Shown: piece by piece, positions 1 through 13,300 of the stretch | Position numbering within the stretch: position 1 is the stretch's first letter | Layout of the letters: the number at the start of each line of letters is the position of its first letter | Assembly (NCBI GenBank): GCA_047967505.1 | Contig: CM106538.1 | Origin: Dipteris shenzhenensis | Taxonomy: Eukaryota | DNA: 64,000 nt | Reading direction: 5' to 3' (one strand) | The notes under the pieces: generated by a model | Databases searched by the model: none | What the model was told of the DNA's origin: nothing | The model's input: only the letters and a program-made list of their open reading frames with translations | Program-made: the position numbers and the translations under genes

Positions 1-763
1 TTAGTGTTGCAGAGGGAAAGGGTGAGAACATAGAAGATGTGGGGGTTACAGAGGATGGGAGAGCAGTTGGGAAAGAGAGGGACGGAGTTGAAGTCATGGA
101 TGAGTAGGTAGTAGAAAAGGAAGGAGGTGGTGGAAAAGGCAGCAGAGGTGTGGATGGAAAGGGAGATGAAACCTTCATATGGCAGGTAACGGAATGGCTG
201 GAGCAAAAGTACCCCCGAGTGTGATGTGGAAGTAAGATTTGCTAGGAACTTGGAGCTATGTATAACAGATGATATAGCAGCTTGATTCACAGAGGTCGAG
301 TCCGGAGTAGAGGGAGCCACCACTCCCGCAAAAATGGTTGTTGATGAAGACATCGTTGCAAGAAGAGGAGAGGGGCTGTCTTGATCTTGATGAGTCCCTG
401 AGGAGCCTTCGTCCTTCGTACCTTCCTCTTTCACCTGTTCTCCGCGCTTTGTACTTCTTCTTCTCCGGAGTCCGCCGGATCTGACCACCAACGATCTTCT
501 TCTTCTTCAATGAGGGTGTCGATGAAGTTACTTGCTCTGGCTACTGCTCCAATGGACTCACTTTGTGCTCGCCTTGAGGTCTTCGCGAACTTTTGTTGCA
601 CGTAATGCTTCTTGTACCGAGTTTGGTCTGTCGGAAGTCTTTTCTCCACTCTCCTCAAGCACCTCCTAGTTCTCTCACTAGCCCCTCCAAATGTTTCAGA
701 ACTAGTCAACATAAGACATCTCCCTAGGATCCTAGAACATCACTTCACTTATGCTACTCAACA
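1..763 (-). mobile_element. Probable 5' part of an LTR, running off the window start
   Basis: Minus strand begins TGTTGAGTAGCATAAGTGAAGTG...CTAGG, resembling the TGTT... starts of other LTRs here. No partner LTR is visible. Confidence 0.4.
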
Positions 764-771
764 CCGGTAGT

Positions 772-2753
772 TGTAGGAACAAAGTGGAGACAGGTTGTGA
801 ACACAAGTGAGCAAGAGTGCACACACAAGAAAGCTCCAATAGAAATGTTCAAATGAAACAATACAAGTACTTGGTATATATAGTACCCAAGTACTACTAG
901 TCAACCATAGGGTTGACTTTATGCCTACAACACCATATCTTTGTAAACTCTTACAAATCCCCCCTCAAAGATAGATAGAGTTTGCTTCGCCATCCTGTGC
1001 ATGATGCAAGTCATGCAAAAGCTTCCATAACCACATTAACTCCGTAGTGGCTGAATTTGCAGCTTTGTACTCTGCTTCACTGGAGGAAAGAGAGACTCTC
1101 TCTTGCTTCTTACTGAGCCATGAGATACAAGCTGAACCCAATGAGAAGCAATAACCAGTAGTGGGCCGTCTGTTGTCAATGTCGCCTAACCAATCTGAGT
1201 CGGTGAAACCACTCAGTTTTAGATCACAATCTGAAGCATAATGCAAGCCAAGAGAGAGAGTGCCATGGACATATCTGAGAACCCTCTTTGCTGCATTCCA
1301 ATGTGTGATCATGGGACAATGCATGAACTGGCTCAAAAGCCCTGTGGCGTAGGCAATATCAGGTCGTGTGGAGCATAGATATATCAAACTGCCAACCAAC
1401 TGCCTATACGAAGTGCCATCAAACTTTTCAGCAGTATCATGCTTACTCAGCTTGAGTCCCTTTTCCAATGGAGTAGCCACAGGCTTACAGTTTTCCATTT
1501 TAAATTTCTGCAACAACCCCTTCTAATACTTTGTCTGTGACATAGAGATCGCATCATGGGTCTGCCAAAACTCAATGCCAAAACAATAGTGCAATAGGCC
1601 CAAATCTGTCATGTCAAAGTTGTGACATAAAGCGGACTGCACTGCTGTAATTTGCTGCAAATCACTGCCAGTGAGTATGATGTCATCCACATATAGTACC
1701 AACATGACCAATTCTGTCAAATCACTCGTGGCGAGGAGTCATGTGCTTAGTAGCACCACTGTCGATATACCATGTATCACTTGCAACAAGGGAAGCATCC
1801 CCTGATTGATTTTTAGCATTCAAATCCCCCCTGGCATCCATCTTCTCATTAAATGCAGCAAACACAAAATCTATATCACCTTGGGCAAGATGAGCTTCAC
1901 CATGTACATCTGAAGCACGAGTTTCAGTGGAGGCAACAAAATTACTGCTAGAGCTGTCCCTTTGCCTCTTCTTTTCATTGGCAATTCTTTTCTGACACTC
2001 TGCGATGTATGCCCTAGCTTCTTGCAATAATTGCATTTGTCCTTTTTCTTATTTTTGCTTGAACTACTTGCATTCCCCTCCTTGGGCTGAGTTGTATGGC
2101 TGTGTTTTGGCTCAAACTTTTTCTGAAATTTGCCTTTTCCACCCATGGCAAGCGCTCGCTCACCCTCACAAGAGCCTTTGGCAAAATTTGAGCATCTCTC
2201 CTCTTCCTACAACAAAAGCCCAACTAACTCATCGAACGAGAGTGGGGCTGCCCTGAGAACAATGATCAATGAAGTGACGAATGTGCCATATGAGGGCGCT
2301 AAGCTATTGAGAGTAATAGAAACGAGCTTCTTGTCTTCTATTTCCTCATCAATACTTGCGAGCTGATCACGTAGATCAGTGATCCTGGCAATATGATCAG
2401 TGATGGCCTGGCCTTCCTGCATCTCGAGATCCTTGAGCTGATTTGTCAAGGCAATGGCCCTTGCCTCATTCTCAACATGATACATGTTTGTCAATCTTTC
2501 CCATGCTGCCTTTGCATCCTTGCACGACTTGATAGTCGTCATAATGTGCCTCTTCACATTTGTGGCAATCAAAAACATCGCTTGGGCACTGCGGCAGTCA
2601 AACTTCTTTTGCTCCTCCGTCGATGCTATGGGACTAGCAGGAGGGACTGTAGCAGTCTGTTGTCTACCTCTAGTCTGACCCAAAGAAGCTGTGCTGGATG
2701 TAGATGAGCCTACTGGCCTCACCTCATCCCCGCTAACAATATCCCACAAGCCA
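772..2753 (-). mobile_element. Degenerate, internally deleted Ty1/copia element (3' part) with 184-bp 3' LTR
   Basis: Gag (GLWDIVSG...AWERLTNMY), zinc knuckle CNYCKKLGH and protease WYIDSGATKHM, then a jump at ~1721 to the RT C-terminus (LYVDDI) and truncated RNase H (GFTDSDW, SSSEAEY). PPT at 956-967; LTR 772-955 (TGTA...TACA). Stops and frameshifts present. Confidence 0.85.
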
Positions 2754-5700
2754 ATGCTTGGTCTTTTGATGAAAGACCGGATTCTTTGCCAACATGATAG
2801 CACTCTGACTATCACAATGCAAAACTGGCATATCTCCTGTAATGTCCAAATCTCCCACCAGCCGAGTAAGCCATATTGCTTCCTTGCAAGCCTCAGTGGC
2901 TGCAACATATTCAGCTTCAGTGGTTGACAGTGCAATGCATTTCTGCAACCGAGACACCCATGATATAGCACCTCCTGCAAAAGTGAAAATATAACCGGTA
3001 GTAGACTTCCGGTTATCTGCATTTCCTGCATAGTCTGAATCTGTAAAACCATGCACCAATGCATCCTGCCTACCATAGCATATGCACAAGTCTTTGGTAC
3101 CCTTGAGATACCTCAAGACACCTTTCACTGCTTCCCAGTGCCGCTTGCTTGGATTTGCCATATACCTGCTGATGACTCCCACCGCAAAAGCAATATCCGG
3201 ACGAGTTGCAACCATGGCATACATCAAAGAACCAACTGCAGATGCATACGGAACCTTGGCCATCTCAGCCTTATCATCATCTGATATGGGGCTGTCCTTA
3301 CTGCTGAGTTTTAAATGTGGAGGCAACGGGGTACTAATAGACTTCCCCCCCTCCATTTGAAACCTCTGCAGTACTTTGTCAATGTACTCCTTTTGTGACA
3401 GAAACAAAAGTCCCTTGGACTTGTCACGAGTAATCCGCATGCCAAGAATATGGTTTGCATCACCCAAGTCTTTCATGTCAAAAGACTTATGCAGTTGTTT
3501 CTTTAAAGCACTAATCTCAAGCTGAGATTTACTGGCAATCAGCATGTCATCCACATATAGAATGAGTAGCATCAAACTGCCATCCTTTGCCCGTTTAGTG
3601 TACAAGCAATGATCGGTCTCACACCTATGATACCCTTGGGACTGCATAAAGGCATCAAACTTCTTGTACCATTCTCTTGGTGCCTGCTTGAGTCCATACA
3701 AGCTCCTCTTGAGCTTACACACAAGCTGCTCTTTCCCTTTAACAGCATATCCCTCTGGCTGACTCATATAGATCTCATCATGTAGATCTCCGTGAAGAAA
3801 AGCAGTCTTCACATCCATCTGACATAAATCCATGTCCTCATGAGCAACAAGAGCTAACACTGCTCTCAAAGTAGTCATCTTGACTACAGGGGAAAAAATC
3901 TCATCAAAGTCAATACCTTTCTCCTGCTTAAATCCCTTGGCAACCAATCTGGCTTTATACCTCGGTAAAGCATTTGAATCCACTTTGACTTTGTAAACCC
4001 ACTTGCATGGCAAAACCTTTCTGCCTACAGGTAGCTGCACCAAGTCCCATGTATCATTTTGAAGTAGAGAGTCCATTTCAGACTGCATGGCTTTCTCCCA
4101 CTTCCTTTTCTCTGTTCTTCCCATAGCTTCCTTGAAGCTGGAAGGCTCACCACAATCTGTCAGCATGATAAAATCAGCCACATTATTGGCTCCTGGAACA
4201 AACCTGGCAGGAGGCCGTTGTACACGGGTGCTCCTCCTAACAAAATGTTCCGGATTAGGCTGCTGTCCAGCCTGTTCGTCATGCATGACGGGTGGCTGTA
4301 CCACCATATCTGGCTGTTCTACAGCCCCATTTGCTGGCATATTCAGTGGTGCATCATTGGCAAGATTATCTAGCTGATTTTCAGCCTGTATACCCTCTTG
4401 AACAGGGTTATTTGCAGCAGCCTGCTGCTGCATATAAAAGGGCATTCTTTGCTGTCCGACATCATCATAAATAACCCTCCTGTATTCCACAGGTTGAACA
4501 GGTTCTTTGTGTACACTATCCTCTTTAAAGATGACATCATTGCTGCGTATAATCTTCCGTTTAACGGGATCCCATAACCTGTACCCCATTTCACCTTCGT
4601 CACCATACCCCATAAAGATGCATCTGGAAGACTTTGGCTCCAGTTTGGTGCGCAGTTCTTTGCGTATATGAGCAAAGCACTCGCAGCCAAACACACGTAA
4701 GTGCTTATATGAAGGTGGCTTGCCAGACCACACCTCTTCTGGCACTTTCAACTCCAAAGCCTTGTTAGGCGACCTGTTGATTATGTGAACTGCTGTTTGC
4801 ACGGCTTCTGCCCAAAAGCCATGGGGCAATGCAGCATAAGACAACATACATCGAACCTTCTCCTGAATAGTTCGATTCATCCGCTCACTTACACCATTTT
4901 GAGATGCATTATGAGGGGCTGTGAGTTCCTGTTTAATGCCCTTAGTTTCGCAAAACTGCACAAAAGCATGAGACACATACTCACCCCCATTATCGGATCT
5001 GAGGCATTTCAACCTGTGACCTGTCCGATTCTCAACCTGAGCGACAAACTTCTTGAAAGCATCTAAGGCATCGCTTTTATGCTTCAAGAAATAGACCCAC
5101 ACTCTGCGTGTGGCATCATCAATAAAAGTAATGAAATACTTTGCACCCCCTAGTGATAACTGTGGCATCTCACACAAATCAGTGTGCACTAGATCAAGCG
5201 GTGCTCTATTCTGGGGAGTTCTCCTCTTATGAGGAGTCACAGAATGCTTGCCAAATATGCAATGATCACAAGTAGGCAAATCTGAAAAAGAAAAAGACGG
5301 CAGATAACCCAAACGTGACAGTTCTTGCATTCCTTTAACGGACATGTGTCCCAACCGGCTATGCCACAATGAAACCTTTGGTAGCTCGGTTATGGCAACA
5401 ACATGATTACCTACACTGGAAACATAAAGAGGGTACAAGGTATCACTCTTAAAACCCTCAGCCACTACAACCTGGCCATCAGTAATCACCCATTTGGAAT
5501 CCCCAAATGTGGTGTGGTAACCACTGTCATCCAACAAGCCAGTGCTAATCAGATTTTTCTTGATTTGCGGCACATGGCGAACACCATCAAGCATAAATAT
5601 GCGTCCATCAGGGAATACTATCTGTATACTGCCAATCCCTGCAATCTGACATGCATAGTTGTTCCCAAGGTGAACAACTCCATGAGTACCTGTGTAGGAA

Positions 5701-6707
5701 GTAAACCACTCCATATGAGGAGTAACATGAAAAGAAGCACCTGAATCCAAGAGCCAGGTGTGCATGTCATGGCCATCAATAACCAATGTATGTGCAATTA
5801 CAGCAGAAGAGCATAAAACATCATGCCTGTCACTTTCACTGTCTTCTGCTGCAACATTCACTGCATCCAAGTCATCTACCTTGGCCTTGCCTTTGCCTTT
5901 GCTTCCACTGCCTGCATCCTTTGCCTCAGCCTTCTTGGCTTTCTGATCCCGTATAAACTTGAAGCACTTAGACTTCACATGTCCCTTCTTGCCACAATAA
6001 AAGCATTCAATATCCTTTTTGCCACGGGACTGACTGCGGGATTTGGACTTACTAGCAGATCTCCCCTTCTGCTGAGTCCTGCCTCTATCCTGTACTTGCA
6101 AAGCATTTGAAGACTTGCTGCCCGCATTATTTTTCCTGCTCATCTCCTCCATAAGGAGAGAGCTCTCCACATCAGCATACATAAGAATGACATTTGAATT
6201 TGACAGGGTGGTCTTGAAAGTGTCCCAACTCTCAGGGAGGGTACACAACAAGAAAGTAGCCTTGAACTCCTCATCAAGGTTCAGTCCCTGTGCAATAAGC
6301 TGTGTAAAGATGGCATTGAACTCACTCAAGTGTGAGGTCATAGGTGTACCTTCCTTCATGCGAAGATCAACCAGCTTCTTCAACCAATAAACCTTACTGG
6401 CTGAACTCTTTTGGGCATACAATTCTTCTAGTCTGTGCCATAGACCATAAGAGGTCTTTTCAGCCTGAACATTGAACACAAGGGTATCAGAAATAGTAAG
6501 CATGATAGCTGCCCTTGCGGACAAATCAAGCTCCTCCCAGTCATCAGCTGCCATGTCAGATGGCTTGACACCCTTCAGCCTTATGGGCTTAGAAATCTTC
6601 TTTAACAGAAGTACATTCAAACACTGTTCTGCCCATAATGCATAGTTGTGTGCTCCTTCCAATTTCTTTATGTTCAGAATTGAAGATTCACTTCCCCCTG
6701 ATGCCAT
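2754..6707 (-). CDS. Ty1/copia Gag-Pol polyprotein, uninterrupted but cut near the end of RNase H
   Basis: ~1318 codons: gag, CFYCGKKGHVKSKC knuckle, WLLDSGAS protease, LWHSRLGH/HTDLC/RSDNGGEY integrase, YKARLVAKGF/YVDD RT, FTDSDYAG/STTEAEY/NPVFHQKTKH RNase H. The last residues of the ORF-track call (WLVGYC) come from a different element. Confidence 0.95.
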
Positions 6708-8326
6708 ATCAGATAAGGAAAGTTCCTGTCTCCCTGTAAGTCAAAAATGACTGAATAAAGTTCTGATTTCTCAGAAAAAACCTGCTCTATAAAGAGTCAG
6801 GAGCACTCACAATAGTGCTGATTTTTTACTGTCAAGAGAATCTGCAGCAAAACAGTAAATTTCCTCCAGTTACTGTACCTTCTGACACACTGTACCGTGC
6901 TCAAATAGGCATAAAATTCTGATTTCTCAAGAAAGAACAGTAATTTCAGAATGCTGCAGTTGCTCCACAAGTGCTTTAACAGTGCATCATCAGCTGACAA
7001 AGCACAAACACTGCTGACCTGATCACTTCTCCCACCTCAGATGAGGTACTGCACTGATTTAATATGCATAAACCACTTGGCATACACCAAAAAAAAAAAA
7101 TCAGACACTTCAGCCTGTCACAAAACCTGCAACAGAAAATGGGATAAATCCCAAGCAATCACCCTTCTGCCAAGGGGATAAAATGCATCTGAAGATCTCT
7201 GACAGTAACCCAAGTGATCTCAAGCAAAATTTGGGCAAAAGCCCCTTGATCTGACACTTGTACCAAGTGAAAACAACCTCAACAATGAGGGATAAGGCAT
7301 ACAATGTGCAAATCTCTCTGACAAAATCAACTAACAGTGTAATGCAAATACTGCCCTGTGTAGAAATGACATACACAGATCCCAACGTACAAACACTCAA
7401 TGAGGAACCTTTTGAGCACTGTCAACGATGGACAGTTAGGGACCGAGTAAACTCGGTGCGCCCTGGCCAAGCGTGGCTCAACTGAGGTTCTCTGAGTGTT
7501 GCACAAGAAATGTGACCTGCAAGAAAATGTCACCTCCACACTGCGGAAATCGAGACAAAAGTGTGCACTCTGGCACCACACTACCTCAAGGCATACAAAG
7601 CATCAACTGCTGGGCAAAAGCCCTGTGATCTGCTCACCCGTAAACTGAGATTCAAAACCAGTAAAAGCATATATCCTCTGTCAGATGCATAAATCCCGAT
7701 ATCTGTGCACAAGTCCTCCACGAAGAAAGAAAATAACTGAAAAAGTACTTGCTGTACTTCATGCAATGCAATGCACCTCGGGTAAGACCCAGATCTCCTC
7801 GCTGTACCTGAGCAGGGTACAGATCCAAGGAGAGAGTTTGAAATGCACTTCTCTGACGCAGATCAAAACCAAAAAAAAATGCACCTCCCTGACGCAAAAA
7901 TTCGGAAGCAACTCCCTGCACAGTTCGTACGGCGATCCGTACTGTTGCAGACGACTGTCCATACTGCTGTACGGCCGACGCGTGTCCGTACGGCGGTCGA
8001 AGGTACCAGGCGAAGAAAAAAAAAGTACGGTGTCCGTACGGATGTACGGACGCGCGTACGTCCGTACGACTGTATGGCGCGATGCGCGATGCACAGATCT
8101 GCTCACGCGTGCGCTGCTCGACGCCGCCCTCGACCGCGCGATGCCCCGCCCTGCTGCAGCCGCCCTGCTGCAGATGTCCCGCGCCGCCTTGCTGCAGCTG
8201 CCTGCTCTGCTGTCCTGCTCGCCCGCGATGCACACTGGCAGCTGCCCTGTGCAATGCTAAGGGCACGAAGCCCAAGAGGCAAGGGGAAGGGTAGAGAGGA
8301 GAGTGGGGCTGGAAGGGAGTGAGGCT

Positions 8327-8339
8327 GGCTCTGATACCA
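8327..8339 (-). promoter_or_regulatory. Primer binding site, tRNA-iMet
   Basis: TGGTATCAGAGCC, 2 nt downstream of the LTR end. Confidence 0.9.
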
Positions 8340-9314
8340 GTTGAGAGGAGAGTAAGCAGGGAGAAGAGCAAAGGGGGAGAGAGTGAGAGAGAGAGACCAA
8401 ATGTGCGGGTGTGAAGTGATGAGCCAGACCACAAACTCATTAGGTTTTATTAGGATTAGGTTTTCACTTAAGACAGTCATAGGTGTCATAACTTTAATAA
8501 AGGGGTGGCAATGTGCCTTTACCCCAACACTCAGTGCGTAGTCCCTCATGATCTGGTGATCATTGCCCAGTGCTCAGTGCGTAGTCCCTCATGATCTGGT
8601 GATCTTCGGTTATGAAGTCGGAGAAGGACAGCCCGTATATTTTGTGCAATGAACAATTGACACATAGTGGGCCTGGGCGTAGAGGACATATCTGGTGGTC
8701 TCTGACCTGGGACATCATATAGAGAGCATGCATAAAGTGTGCCAAACATCTGGATCTGTGATGGAAATGTGTGGCTTTCCCTCCTATAAGAGCCCCCAAC
8801 CAATAGTAGGATCCCCTCCACGAAAGGATCCGATCACCTCATCCATCCTGTGTATAAGGAAAGCCTGCTGCTTACGCCACATTACTCGAGTGAGATCCAC
8901 TGTGCCTCAGGTGAAGTCAAATGTCCCAAGGCTTTCTCATGTGTGATGTGAGCTCTCATCTCTTCCTCCCATCTCCCATCGCCGGTGCTCAGCCTCCTTG
9001 TCCGTATCTTTGTACAGCTCAGCCTCCCCGTCCATACCTCGGTATAGTCGCTCAACCTCCGTACAGTCACTTAGCCTCTCCTTCTGTACCTCCATACACC
9101 CCGTACTGTACAGCCCGTCCATACCCCTTTGTCGTACCTCTGTTCGTACCACATCCTGGAGTCATACTTCCATACCTCCCCCCATCAAAACCTCTCCATT
9201 CCTCCCTTCCGTACCTTGCCCTAGCCCTAGACCTAGTCCTAGTCCTCCCTAACCCCGAGTTGGGATAAACTCCCAACCTAACCTGGGGGTTAGGTTAAGC
9301 TAGGGGTTTCAACA

Positions 9315-10381
9315 CACAGTCAATTATGGACTAGCCTACCCTCTCCTCCAAGTCCCCCTCAACTCCCTCAACTCCTTCAACATCTATCAAGACTCGATAC
9401 TCTAGAGTTGCAGCCATGACACCCTCTCCATATGCACGGAATTACCAACAAGAAGGCTCAAAATAGCCCATCCTCAGGCAACAGGATCAGATTTTTTATC
9501 TGCAGCAAGCAGTGAGCTACAATTAGAGCTGGCAGAAGTAAAGGCCCGACTTCACATTCTGGAAGGGCCTGGTAAGCAGGCAGTAATTAATGAGGCTATA
9601 AAATCTTGTAATAAGGATTCCCCCCCTACCCCATAGCTAGTCTCTGCAGTCAAAGATCTTGTTCACACTCAAGTACAACACTCAAGTACAAACTGCTAAG
9701 AAAAAAGTGATTGTGGAAGTACACAACAAAGCAAGTCAGTCTAGTATTCAAGCAGAGATTAAAGAACATGAAGCTAGATGTGACAATGCACCGAAGATTA
9801 GAATAGGGGGACTCCCAGAAGATTGATACAAAAAGGAGGACACATATAGTGAAATATTGACAAAGATCAAAGCAAGCTTGCCCAACATTGAATGGGTGAA
9901 TGACGATGAGCAGGATGATGATGACTCCAAGCCAGCTTCTATTTTACACTATAGAGGTCATGCAATCCTTACTCTGAAGTCAAAAGATATGCGGCCCAAG
10001 CTTCTTTGACAATCTTACAAGTTGAAGGGCACCAAAGTATGGATAGCAGAGGAGCTTACACAAGCTCAACTCACGATTAAGGCAACTGAATTAGCTAAAG
10101 TAAGGGCTGCCAGAAAGGATGGAAAATGGGTAGTTTACCGTGAAGGCGTAGCACTAATCAAAGAGTTTAAATCAAAACCAAAAGACTCTCAATCTTTAAC
10201 TGATGTATGGCTGTTTACTCTTCCAGATTATCATGTAGGTACTCTAAATAATATGGGTTGCTTTTTGCACTCCATGGGAGCCTGCCATGTGCCCTCCCTA
10301 AAGCAGATGTACTAGAGGGTTTCTTACTATCCCATAGACCTTTCGGTCTCCAGTGGACGTTAATAGACTTTCTTTCTTTCT
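9315..10381 (+). mobile_element. ORF1-only non-autonomous LINE-like element, copy 1 (degenerate)
   Basis: Broken ORF from ATG 9326 ending LKGTKVWIAEELT...[14 protein letters not shown]; 3' hairpin AGACC-TTTC-GGTCT and (CTTT)n tail. Homologous to 18430-19418 and 22834-24089. Confidence 0.7.
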
Positions 10382-10383
10382 GC

Positions 10384-13300
10384 ACTCATCATCAAACAAA
10401 GGGTTTCGGGGCATCTTCCCATCTGGGGCACGTGCAGATCGAGTCATGGCAAAATATATGGTGGTGGCAGCCTGTACCACTGATACAAGGATGTCCGAGG
10501 TGTGAGCAAGGTCCACCTCATCTCCAAGTAGGGCTGGAAGTTCCGAGGCCAAGTGGAATCACGTATACCAGCGGGTCAAGGGCACGATCAAAGTGGATCT
10601 GAACACAAGTGGGTTTAGGAGGGGCCCTCCGTGTGACTGGCATAACGGCCAAGATACAAAAGGCTAGGTATGAGTGGGCAATACCGAGTGGAGGAGGGGT
10701 AATAGTAAAGTCATGTCTCCGTGTGGCAAAGGCTGTGGACCCTACAGGTAGTCCACTATGCCTGTCCCCACCCCCCCATGTGGGAAACAAGTGAGCCCAC
10801 CAGATGATGGCCATCTCCGGAGACCGTTGGACAGCACCCAACTCAAGTAGATGTCGCCCATATCCCGTCACATGTGGTGCATTTGTTGATTGCCTCACTA
10901 TCCCCAACTCTGCTACATCCAACTCCGGTACTATTAGGGAATCACACTACTATTTTTAACCCCATTTGTGCACCCAGCCCATCCAACACCATCATGGTTC
11001 CCCATCTTCTTTCTCCTCCCTGTCTACTCTCTCCGTGATAATCACTTTACCATCCCTGTAGGCAGCACGTATTCCTATTTCTCTGGCTGCCATTACACGT
11101 ACCATTCCTTCCCTTTCCGCGTTCCTTCTGCAAAAGAGTCAAGTCACCATCTAGATATCTTTTAGTCCCTTTCAGAGTTGACCTCGTGCTCATGAGGGTA
11201 GACCTGTCCATTGCTCTCTGGAGTTTCATCACTAGTGGTCTTGTAGGTAACTCTCCAAGCTATCTCACACATGAGGTTAACACCCATTTTTAGTGAATAA
11301 ATTTTGGGCATCTGCCATTGGAGTATCTCCCACGGTTAGGCCCTGTTGAAATATGAAGCCAAAGTGAGTCAAAAATGAGTGTACTAGGTGTCTAGGGGGT
11401 GTTTTATAGTCTAGTGAGTCCTAGACATGCCACGTGTCATATTGGGTGTTATCCCATATACACTATGGCTTTCTAGAGTCTAGTGTCACACTATATAGTG
11501 TTGTACTTGTCTTGAGTCTTTAGATATCAGTCAACATCAAGCTATCTACATGTGAGTATTTTGGTTATCATTGCCTAGCACTTGTTCTTTCATTTTCCTT
11601 TCCATTTTTCTTTTCATTATGCTTTCCACATTTCCATTCCGTTCCTAGCTAGCTACTAGATCTCTTCATATGGTATCAGAGCCATGGTCCTAAGCCTACT
11701 CTCTCTTTCCCTTTTCCTTCCAAGAGGTTGAGGTGAGGGAGGCCAATGAAGCTACTCTAACTCCTCCTCCTTGGAAGGCTGCCCTCTTCTCTCCTTCCTT
11801 GGGCTCTCTTCTCCACGCCATGATCTGCCACCTCTCTTCTCCTTCCTTCAGCTACATCTTTTTGTGACCTGCAGACGATGTGATGATTCTTTCTGGAGCT
11901 AGAAGCAGAATCGCAGCTTTGTGTCTTCAGCAAAGTTGTAGAGGATCTTGAGTACTACAAATTTCGTTTTTACATCATTGCAATCTGACTTTTCTGTGAA
12001 AAGTTACAGCCCTTGCAAGAAGTGACGAAATTTGTTTCTGCGCACGAATTTTGTTTAGGAGGTCAATGATTTGATAGCCCAAGCATGATGCAACCAGCTT
12101 ACCGTGGAGCTGTCCATCCTCTTCATCGTTGACCTCTACTTCAGCCCGCCATTTGCTCCTTCTGCCCAACATTCTCTTGGAGCTGCTGCCCTCAAGTTCG
12201 TGCCCACATTCTGCCCGTCATTCCCTTGGAGTTGCTGTCCATGCTGCCTCTATCTTCTCTACCCGTCACTTGATGTGAGCTCTTGACATTACATTGCGGT
12301 GACTCCTTCATGTGACTACTCCAAACTTTGGTGAAGACTTCTTGAGCTAAATGTGAGTTCTCCGATACTACTCTGACAACTCCACTACAGTGATCTCTCT
12401 GATTAGTGTATTACATCGAGCTTGATGTAGACCACTCTACATCAACAAGTGACTTCTTCAACATTGCTTATTCGATCGGTGCCTGAGGTACTTCGCATTG
12501 ATTGACTTTCCGATTGGTCATGGTACCTAAGGCTTCTATTTCGACATTGGTGACTCTCCTTTCTACATTTTGAGAGTCATCATGTAATTGCCCCATGTAG
12601 CTACCCATAGACTTCACTGACACATATTTTGGGGCATTCCTACCTAGCGCTTCATTGACATCGTCATCGACTCGCAGGGATATGCATGTGCATTAGCTAC
12701 TTGGAGGACATCTCTTTCACAAAGAGAGATTTTTATTTATTACTACACGCTTGATGTATTTTGGGGTCCTCTGCCCTGGGTAGTACCCCTAAAGTGATAT
12801 GTATTGAGTGTTTGGTTTTCATTGAGTCTAAAGGTCCTCTGCCTTGGATAGTCCTCCTAAAAAGATGTATTGGTTTTCCTATTTTTTTGGTGTGTGGCTT
12901 CCTGACATGTCCTGTTATGAAGCCAAGGGAGGATGCACTGTGGGAGCCATATGTATTGGCTTTGATAGGTCTATTTGTTTATCAGGCCCTGGCTTGAGAG
13001 TTCCAGGATGTTGGTGCATTGGTCTCTTAGACCTCTGAGTTGGTCATGCATCCATGCATGATGAGCCTTTGAGCCATGCTAGATAAGATTTCTATGTTAT
13101 GCTCACTAGCCTCTGAGCCATGCTCACTTGCCTTTGAGATTGTGTGGGAACCATGTCTAGTTCTAGACCGGCATGCATAATTCTGATGACCGTCATTGTC
13201 ATGTTCCGTTCTTGGTTCCATTCCAGTAGTCTCTCACCTTGCCTTCATGGGGGGGTGTTGGAATATGAAGCCAAAGTGAGTCAAAATGAGTGTACTACGT

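Larger units (their letters stand above)
2754..9314 (-). mobile_element. Young Ty1/copia retrotransposon lacking its own 3' LTR
   Basis: 5' LTR 8342-9314 (TGTT...CA), PBS TGGTATCAGAGCC at 8339-8327, ~1.6 kb leader, intact polyprotein. Confidence 0.88.

Noticed and set aside
2207-3076. 289-aa ORF as a novel protein
   Set aside because: An off-frame reading of RNase H fused to the gag of the second copia across the junction.
7652-8549. Overlapping ORFs of 148-262 aa on both strands
   Set aside because: GC-rich copia leader/LTR; open on both strands, with no recognisable domain.
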